This document shows, one piece after another, positions 13,270 through 21,995 of a stretch of DNA of 64,000 nt. Where the stretch lies: the NCBI GenBank assembly GCA_030704615.1, contig CM060732.1, forward strand, positions 25,916,001 to 25,980,000, read 5' to 3'. Position numbers and translations under genes: made by a program. The notes beneath the pieces are model-generated. The model was not told where the DNA came from, did not search any database, and saw only the letters and a program-made list of their open reading frames with translations. The stretch is from Takakia lepidozioides (taxonomy: Eukaryota; Plantae; Bryophyta). Position 1 is the stretch's first letter; each line of letters begins with the position of its first letter.

Positions 13270-14640
13270 CTATCCCAAGCAGTGTGGACACAACCAATCT
13301 CCGTCAGGAACCTTCTCAAGAGGTGGTGTCAAGCATCCCATATGCCAACCCCTTGAGCATCGATAACACACCAGCATGGTGGCTGCCCCTTTGGCAGACC
13401 CACAGAGCATGCACCTCAAACCTGCAGGTACCACTGCTAAGTTTGGGTCAACTCTGCCATCGACATTGGGAAGGTGACATGGCGCACAATTACGCACATG
13501 GTCCTTCCAAGTCATGCCATCCCGACCCTCTAAGATCAGGACCCATGAGGGCAACACCTCTCGAACCCTCAGAATAACACGCCCTGCAGTAACATCCAGA
13601 GTTGTAGGAGCAGTCTGCTGCAAATAAACATAGTCACCAGGGCTAAACCTCCGAACCCCAGGACGATATCCTCCACCACATATAGTGGCATACATCAACG
13701 TATCACGGTGTTGTGCAATGGCAAGGTTCTCAAAAGCCATGGGCATGACTTTCTTGAACAACTCTGCATGCTGATCACATGCACGTACCCACACGTCCGG
13801 ATCGTCAAGGTTAAGGACTTGAGCAGTGTCCCTACGAATGGCTGCAGGCAAATCCGACTCTCGGCCAAAGAGAAGGAAATATGGTGAGAAGGAGGCAAGT
13901 GATGCTTGTTTGCTGAACCTGTAGCCCATGGCTAACCAAGGAACCTGAAGATCCCAATCTCCTAGGTGTCCCTTCTGCAAGCCATACTTGCGCAAACCCC
14001 TCTTCACCGTCTGAACAACTCTCTCTGCTAAGCCATCGGCCTCAGGATGATCCCGAGAAGTGGTGCGGTGGTCTATCAAGGCTTTATCACACAAAGCCTG
14101 AAACTCCCCCAAGAACTCTCTCCCTTGGTCCGTGAGTACCTCAGCTGGAGCACCAAATCGGCTAAGCACACGATCCAAGAATGCATACGCAGCCCCCTCA
14201 ATAGCCTTGTCAGGCAATGGAACCAACTCAATCCACTTGGAGAAGTGCTCCACCATCACCAACACATATATGTGGTGGCGCATAGTCAGTGGCAACGGTC
14301 CTGCGAAGTCAAGACTCCACCTGTAGCCCAATCCCATGATTGGTAAAGGATGCAACTGTGGTGTAGAGGCGTTGAATGAAGCACGCATCCTGTCACACAC
14401 CATGCACCTAGCCACGAACTGTTGCACCTCTGTATGCATACCACGCCACCAATACTGCCCCTGCAGTAAACTGTGAGTGCGTCGCACTCCAAAATGCCCC
14501 AACTCCTCATGGGCATGCCGCACTAACCATGCACGCTGTGTGGGGTGAGGCACAATCCTCACCCGACCATCCTCCCACACTCGAAGTAGGTGTATCCCCT
14601 CCCACTTGAACCTCTTGGCTCGTTGCAGGATCCGATCCTC
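13270..14640 (-). pseudogene. Retroviral-type integrase (HHCC + DDE) with C-terminal PHD finger
   Basis: HEELGH...CMVC zinc motif; SLDFAGPLP, TDQGREF, GLAER catalytic triad; C-terminal C4HC3 finger CMLC...CYRC...WHMGC...WLCPHC. Frameshift near 14640 relative to the RNase H frame. Confidence 0.93.
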
Positions 14641-14899
14641 TCCCTGGCAGTCAAAGTGGCTGCCGTGTCTCCCGTGCGGAGGTAGTCCAACACAGCCGAA
14701 TCCTCATGTATATCTCTGGCACCACCTGGCTTATCACTAGCCTCAGGGTCCTCAGACACTCCGTCTACAGTCATCCCTGTTGTAGGTCCAACCTGACCTC
14801 CCGATGCCAAGATACACAAAAATGCAGATGCGTGCCATCCCGGCACCATCTCCTCATCCGTCTCACCATGCCACCGAGCTCCAGTGTCATCCCGCTGGC

Positions 14900-16244
14900 T
14901 CATGCATGGATTATGACTCAATCCATCCGCATCCCGATTGACCAAACCTGGTCGATGCACAACCTGAAAGTCATACTCCTGGAGTATGAGTGCCCACCGT
15001 GCAAGCTTCCCCGTAAGCTTGTCTGACTCCATCAACCACTTGAGTGGCTGGTGATCTGTGACAAGGGTGAAAAGATTGCCGTATAGATAGCACCTGAAGT
15101 GTGCCACGGCCCACACTGCAGCTAAGCACTCTCCCTCATATGAGCTGTACTTAGCCTCTGCAGCGTTGTTTGAGCGGCTAGCATAAGCAACTACGAACTC
15201 TCTTCCCTCATCATCCACCTGTGTGAGCACCGCTCCAAGCCCCAACATGCTCCAATCCGTATGCAGCTGAAAGGGACGCCCCCTGATAGGTCGTCTCAGG
15301 ATAGGCGCCGAGATCAACCTCGCCTTGAGCTCTTGAAAAGCTCGTTCCTGCTCATCTTCCCACTGCTACTCCTGGTCCACCTTGGTCAGCTTGGTTAGAG
15401 CCTTTGCAATGGTACTAAATCCCTTGACAAACCGTCTATAATAGTTTGCCAACCCCATGAAAGCTCGAACTCGGCTCACATCCGTGGGGCATGGAATTTG
15501 TGCAATGGCCTCTACCTTAGTCTGCTGTACCCCCAATCCTCCAGGATATATCATGTGACCCAGATACTCAATCTGGTTGTGGAAAAACTTGCACTTCCCC
15601 GGATGCAACTTCAATCCGTGCGCTCTCAAGCGCTCCAATACCACCTGAAGGTGTCTCTCATGCTCCTCCATCGTAACACTAAAGATGATGATGTCATCTA
15701 TGTAGCACCGAGCAAAGTCCACCCTTGCTAGAATCCTATCCATGACTCTCTGAAACTCTGCAGGAGCATTCTTAAGCCCAAATGGTAAGAACCGCCACTG
15801 ATATAGGCAATCCTTGCCGTGCTCATTGATCCCCCAGAATGTCGTCTTCTGCTTGTCCGCCTCCTTGATTGGCAACTGGTGATATCCGGATCGTAAATCC
15901 AAAGTGCTAAAGACCTTAGCATGCCCGATGGCATCAAAGATCTCCTCCGGTGTTGGCATGGCATACTTATCGGACTTGGTCTGACGATTTACAGGCCGGT
16001 AATCACCGCACATACGTCTCTCCGTCCAATTGCCATAGACATCCTTCTTGGCTGACATCACTGTGGCTGAAGCATGCTCTCCACCAGAGAGCTCCACCAA
16101 ACCTGCCTCCCAGAGATCTTGAGTCCTCATCTGAATCAAAGACCTCTCCATGTCACTGTATCTATAGGGTCTCCGAAAGATTGGCGTGTCAGTGGCCAAC
16201 TCAATACGGATCTCTTGACCCTTCAGTGCTCCCAAGTCCTTCAA
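14900..16244 (-). pseudogene. Reverse transcriptase and RNase H of the retrotransposon
   Basis: RMCGDYRPVN, LDLRSGYHQ, LPFGLKNAPAEFQR, YIDD, YLGH; RNase H TDWSMLGLGAVL, EGECLA, TDHQPL, DADGLS. One in-frame TAG at 15366-15368. Confidence 0.95.
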
Positions 16245-16699
16245 ACTGAAGGCAAAGCAATTTCTGTAAGCCCTCAGGAACCGCTGTATACGTCGTCTCT
16301 CTCCTCCGGTGACAATGGGTCCAATGTCAGGCTCCCAATTGTCCTCCGTAACTGCAACCTTAAGTCCCGTGGGCTTAGAGGTAGAGGACGCGTCCCATGG
16401 TTGCTATGCTGCAACCTCTTGAGCAGTACTCCCTGCCTGCTCAGTCAATGACAAGACCTCATCCTGCCCCATCATCTCATCATTGAGGACCTCCTCAACC
16501 CGAGAAGAATCCCCAACCTCATCTATCACAGCCGCCTTGGCTGCCAACTCCCTCTGAACCTCGAGCACCTCCCACGTGTGCCATGGATGAATACGCCCTG
16601 TGGTCCTCACTGGCTCGCCCCCACTCACTGCCTGTACCGTCTCGGTAGGCAGAGAGACCATCGAGGGAAGTGTACTCCGCACTCTGCGTTGCTCAGCCA

Positions 16700-17660
16700 G
16701 AGCCAAGCTGATAATCCAGGTCAAGCAATTGAGATCCATTGCTTGCCCCAACACTTGACGACGTGATGCCTCAGAAAGAGACGACACCGCCGTGGTACCA
16801 GTGGTAAAACCCATTGCCCGCTCACGCTCGTCAGCATTAGGCTCCACTAACTGCTGCAACTGAGCATCCCACATGAGGCCAGGTCCACTATCCCGGAAAG
16901 CATGCGATCCTGGGAAGCTGAGCAGTGTAGGTAATGCTGCTCGTGGTTGACCCACCTTGTTGACCACTGCCAAAGGCGAACGGTCATTGTGTCTCACACG
17001 CTAAGACTGCCTCCCTGTGTCCAGAATGCTATCCACTGTGAGATGTGCTGGCCGCTGCACCCCATCAAATGCACGCTTGAGCAGTGCGGGTGGCATCAAG
17101 TTAGTCCACCATAGCCATGGACGATGAGCCCGTGACCCCACTGTAGGTGCATCTAGCAACACTGCTGACCCAAGCCATGACCGGACTTGATGCACACCGG
17201 CCATCACCCTGGCCCGAGAATCGCCCATCAGTGGCACATTCTCCAAGATGTATGCTGGAGATACAGCTTGATGAAGCTGCAAGTGACGCAAAACCCGCAC
17301 CATCTCCCAAAACAGACCCGACCTTGAGTCTTGCAATCCATTGCCATGCCCGGCTGATGAATGCCCTTGGCAGGGCCAACCTGCCACTACCAGATCAATG
17401 GAGCCAACCCGCTCCAAATCCTACGCCCCCAGCAACGAAATGTCTGCTGACAAGGCCTGCTGATATCCACGAATTGTAGACACCGACAACAACTCAGGAT
17501 ACCGCTGCACCAACTGAGCAACATGACGAAGTGAAACGCGCCGTGCAGTCTCATCCCTCTCCACATACAGGTAACGCCGAACTCGTACACCTGCCTGTAA
17601 CACAGCAGCCAATCCGGTGCTGATCCCGCCAAACAAGTCCAGAAGACAAATGCCTTCATC
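16700..17660 (-). pseudogene. C5 cytosine DNA methyltransferase domain (DNMT3-like, non-permuted), in frame within pol; interrupted by two TAG stops
   Basis: Motif I LDLFGGI (~17630), motif II YVE, motif IV AGWPCQ (~17370), motif VI ILENV (~17240), motif VIII AHRPWLWWTN, motif IX/X ERERAMGF...RRQVLGQAM. ORFs 17421-18503, 17001-17417 and 16404-16997 share one frame. Confidence 0.9.
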
Positions 17661-17999
17661 CGGATACTGCCACACAATTGGTGTGGTGTCCAATGGAGAC
17701 AACTGAGGTGGTCCTGGTGCAATCCCCGCACTCTCCTCCTCTCCTGATGGTACAAAAGCCTCCACCCAGGCTTGTTGCACCCGTCGATCAGCATCCCGCT
17801 GCAAATCCTTGCTCGTGCCCCACAATGGAGTCTGAGCAACCATGGTAGGCAACTCCGCCATACCATACATGTCCATCTGCTCTCCCGGAGGTGGCACATC
17901 CTCTGAATGAGCGTTGCCCTCAAGCAACTCTCTAGGCCAACTCACTGCTGCTGTGAATGCTGCTAGTGTCGGCATCTTGCCTCGCTGGGCAACCGCAAC

Positions 18000-18503
18000 T
18001 CCTCCTATGAACGTCACAGGGAGCTGCACACGCCGGCCCTCCCCTGACTGCCATGCAGGCCTATAGGAAGCTGACTCCTCCCAAAAATCCAGGGTGAAGC
18101 CCATGGGATACAACACTGCCCCACCAACCAGGACATCGTATGAGACCGCGTCTGTCACAATGGCCTTGGCTCGCATCACTGAGCCATCTGTAGGGTGATC
18201 CGGCCGTAGTCTGATAGCCAACTCACGCCGTGCCATGCCTCGAGCCTGCTCCGATCCTCCCAGAGACGTCTGTATCTGGAAAGGACAAGGCTCCATATTC
18301 GCCTCCGTGAGGCCCAAGCCTGCAATAGCAGCTCTGCCCAGCATCAATGGCTGAGCTCCCGAGTCCAACAAGACCCGCAGTGGCCGGTACCTCTTGCCTG
18401 CCGGTCCACTCAAACAGAAAATGCCATCCTGGTTGTCTAACATGACAACTCCAGGTGTCACCATGGCGCGCTCAATGGCTGGCCTAGCTGGCAGCTCCAT
18501 CAA
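18000..18503 (-). pseudogene. Retropepsin-like aspartic protease domain of the polyprotein
   Basis: VLLDSGAQPLML catalytic motif at ~18360 and YDVLVG C-terminal motif. Confidence 0.8.
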
Positions 18504-18772
18504 CCTGGCAGCTGCAGCTTGCCATGGCGCCGTCGTGTCTTGACCCTCAAATCCGAGGATCCCTCCGGCACTACACCTCCCACTATCTCCGCAGAAGATG
18601 AAGTAACCTCCTCACTCTCACAGAGTGTAGCTGCCAGCCTAGACACCTCAGCTAGTCTTACCCCCGGGCGCCGCAATCATGGTAGCCGAGAACAATGGAG
18701 TCTGGCACACAGATGTGGCCGCTCCTAGCAGCACACTAGCTGCCGTAGCCTTGGCAACACTAGGTAGTGGTG

Positions 18773-19537
18773 CTACCCGTGTAGCTCTCCCAATGGCATA
18801 GTAACCTCCGCCTCGGTAACAGTCGGGCGAGAACTAGGTGCCATGGATGGCGTCGACACTGTCTCCGCCAATGTGAATGACTGAGGAAGCCTAGCCCGAC
18901 GGCTTGCCTCCCCACGCTGTGGATCCAACTCCACCTCTGCACCTCGTGGCTCAGAAACTCGTGTTGCTCCTCGAGTCACGGCTGCAGCAGACTCCACCTG
19001 CACTAGTGGTAGTGCTGCTTCACACATGAATCCCATGCCTCCCATATCTCCTCCCTCAGGAGCAGGAGGTGGACCATCCGGCCTTAGAGCCGGTACCACC
19101 TGAGCTGTAGCCATGGCAGCGAGCCTCTGCTCTAGCTGCTGAAGCCGGTTGGCCATGCCTTGGTCAACCCCCTGACCTCCGCGTCCTTGGCCATGTTGAG
19201 CTGGCCCTTGGCCTGCACCTTGTGGCTGGCCACCTCGTCCTCTCTGGGCTGCTCCACCTCGCCCCCGGCCACCATTGTTCCCTTGGAACTGGCCTGGGCG
19301 CAACTCAGGATGCAAACCATAACACTGGGCCTCTCCATGCCCGTGCTTGCCACAATGCCCACATTGCAACTGTGCAGGCTGTGCATGTGCCGGCCCTTTG
19401 CCTCCCTCTGGGCAATCCTTCTTGACATGGGGTCCTCCACATGTCCAGCACACCACATCCGCCCGTTGTTGGCCAGCAAATGAAGGGAGAGACCCCTGCA
19501 TCTGAGGTCCTCTTTGCCCTTCCCTGAGCCTCACCAC
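18773..19537 (-). pseudogene. Gag nucleocapsid region: two zinc knuckles and G/Q/R-rich tract; no capsid domain visible
   Basis: CWTCGGPHVKKDC and CGHCGKHGHGEAQC, followed by RGG-rich sequence. Confidence 0.8.
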
Positions 19538-19840
19538 GCCTAGCTATGACGCCGTAGTGTGGATTCCCCATGGCGTGGGGTGCACTTGGCTTGACTTGTA
19601 TTTGAGTGATGAGGTTATATATGCGTGAGTTTATGCTTCAGATTTGTGAGCTCGTGCTTGTATTCTTCTTCTTTATCACTCGAGAAAGATGAGCCTTCCG
19701 CGCTTGCCGTGAAGATAGCCACTCCAGGGCCTAAATCTGCCTTGACCCCTGGATTGACACTTGGGCCAATCCCAAATGTCAATATATAAAAGCTAGCTAT
19801 TTCCTAGCTAGTTTCACACTAGTGGTAAAATAACTTGACA
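19525..19840 (+). repeat. Right terminal repeat complex: inverted copy of B (19525-19678) followed by direct copy of C (19678-19840)
   Basis: 19525-19678 is the reverse complement of 12503-12656 (4 mismatches). 19678-19840 is a direct repeat of 12657-12819 (6 mismatches). Confidence 0.92.
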
Positions 19841-20661
19841 GGGCAATGAATATGATGCACATGGTTTCAACGAGGACGATGATACAATGCCTTTGTTGTT
19901 TGATGACTTACTCACAGATAATGTGGTGCATCATGTGGCTCATATTGGAGCCATCCGCACTACAGTGCATGATACGGACCACCACCCGCATGTGCATCCT
20001 CTTGTGACATTGCCAAGCAGTGCAGTCAACTTCGGCCTTCACCCAAGCGTGGATGAGGAACGTGGCTCAGATAGTATTCCGATTGGGAACGAAACCAATG
20101 AAAATGTGGAAGTACACATGGCGGCAATTTTTACCCTCCCGTCCATCACAACACCGCAAACAACAGAGGAAGTTGAAGAGCCCGAGTCGCACGAGAATGT
20201 GACAAAAAACATGGCAAGCGCTCCTGTGACGTGAGGACAGGCACTTCGGTCATCCCAAATGCAGATAGAAATGTCTCTGGTGGATCCATCGGATGACGAT
20301 CATTTGCCATTGCAGGTCCATCTGAACCGACAGTCCACCCATGTCAATCGACTCTCATATCATGTCGGCGGACCCTCAGCAGCGCATCACCGTGGCCCCC
20401 ATTCTGGTACGAGAATACAAAATCCCCCACAAGCGGCGAAAAGGCAAAAAACTATACAAAGTTTCATTGGTGATCGCAACACACGTGGGCCAGATACTAT
20501 CGATGGAATTACTGATCGCAACGGGAATAGGCCGATGCGGCAAATGAAGATCAAACGGGGTCAGATGCGTCTAAAAATGCCCGATGCAACCACAACAGCC
20601 ACCGAGGACGATGACAATACCGACCATGGCGCTGGCGGTGAAGTGCAGGGGGATTCGGACT

Positions 20662-21240
20662 TCACGCTGGTGGGGCCAGCAAGATTGTCATCCCGTCGTA
20701 GAAATAGAAACAATTAGGAAGACGGACATCTTCGTAGGCAAGACCTTGCAAGACGGTTGAGTCTTCAGATTGCAAATTCCTCTCGTACCATGCTACAGTA
20801 TCATCCCCCGCTTGAGCCCGTAATAGCCGTGAATTGATATATACATATACCAATTTCTCGGCCCTATCCGGATGCAACCTGTTCCGAATCTTGCTATGCA
20901 CGAATGAATAACTACTCCAATCACGTTCACAGGAAGACGTGGAGCACACTTGTGCAAGAACGCGCTTTGCGATAGGGGTCAATGTCCTTGCTCCGACGCC
21001 AATCAAATCTCACCATTCATGCGGCTGCATATTAAGTTCTTTTGGATCCGGAAGGTTTGTGGAAAGGGTCACGACGATCCGAGAAACTTTGATACTCTGA
21101 TATAGCGCTCTCCCCCTGATTTGGAGGGGCCGATTTCATAAGTGTCCGTAGCAATCCCGCTTTCGCATCGACATCATTTCTCAACATGTTGTTGTCAAGT
21201 TGAAATGGATTCAACAATGCCCCAGCACCATGCAAGTCTG
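20662..21240 (-). pseudogene. hAT transposase C-terminal fragment (dimerization domain)
   Basis: LTPIAKRVLAQVCSTSSCERDWSSYSFVHSKIRNRLHPDRAEKLVYVYIN and upstream LHGAGALLNP match plant hAT C-terminal consensus. Confidence 0.85.
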
Positions 21241-21995
21241 TAGTGGCCATTTTACATGTTGCTGAAGGTTCATCAATAGCAACCATGCCTTTCCCATAAC
21301 TGGTTTCTTTCCATCGAACTCCCGCAACACAACAAGGGCTAGCTCCACCATGTGCACAAATGTCGCGCACCTCACTTCGGTAAGCTCCACTTCAAGTCAT
21401 AGTTACTCGCTTTGATGCGCGCGCCTAACTCCCAACCTGGCCGCCGGGCCAACTCGGAGCTTCGGCTGCTCACCGGGACATAACGGTCCCCATTTTCTCC
21501 CCCAACAGACCCTCCACCAATTTGGGCCTAGTGGAAATTCCCTTTGGTAGATGGCAGTCCGGAATAGCTCCCCACTCCTTGGTCGCTTTCCGGCTCCCAC
21601 GCTTACTCACTAGTTTTTGGTCACCAACGGGCTTGCACCGTTCTCGGGGTTACTATTCCCTATATATACTTCTGTGACTGTCCTCGGGGGTTTCACAAAC
21701 AACCATGCCATTTTATGGCGAACCACCACAAAGCATTTGGTCCCTTCAAATACTGATGTGAGAGAGTCTACAAAGTTGCATGTGAGAAAACCCAACAACA
21801 AAACTTTGGTGCAATCCAATCAATTGCTCCACACTCGTGGGGCTGACGTAAAATGGTCAGCCGATCTGCCACATGTTTGGATTTGAGCAGGCCAGCCCCG
21901 TTGTCAGTTGGTCGGTCGTAGCGTTCCTGCATGCCCCGTTTCCCGTTCTATTCTATTTGGTTAATGGTAGGGTGGAGGGTTGGGGGATTGCGGAA

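Larger units (their letters stand above)
12314..19840 (-). mobile_element. Ty3/gypsy-type (DDE integrase) retrotransposon carrying a C5 DNA methyltransferase and a PHD finger, with atypical split-repeat termini
   Basis: Ends TGTC...GACA; GGGC duplicated at 12310-12313 and 19841-19844; removing the element restores a host reading frame. Domain order PR-RT-RH-IN is Ty3/gypsy. PPT-like AGGGGGCAA on the minus strand at 13011-13020. Confidence 0.92.
12197..20717 (+). pseudogene. Acidic/His-rich exon of unknown function split by the retrotransposon (coding parts 12197-12313 and 19845-20717)
   Basis: After excision the frame reads WTATYSPPEAY...DDAEGNDAEG|NEYDAHGFNEDDDTMPLLFDD. It continues through ORF 19887-20234 and, past one TGA, ORF 20259-20717 in the same frame. 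Preceded by an AG acceptor-like site. Confidence 0.6.

Noticed and set aside
16700-17660. Methyltransferase as a host DRM/CMT gene or bacterial contaminant
   Set aside because: It is intronless, in frame with PR and RT, non-permuted, lacks BAH/chromo/UBA domains, and lies inside a TSD-bounded element among plant genes.
21555-21614. Possible Helitron 3' end (weak hairpin plus CTAG|T)
   Set aside because: The hairpin is imperfect with a long loop, and no matching 5' TC end or RepHel sequence was found.
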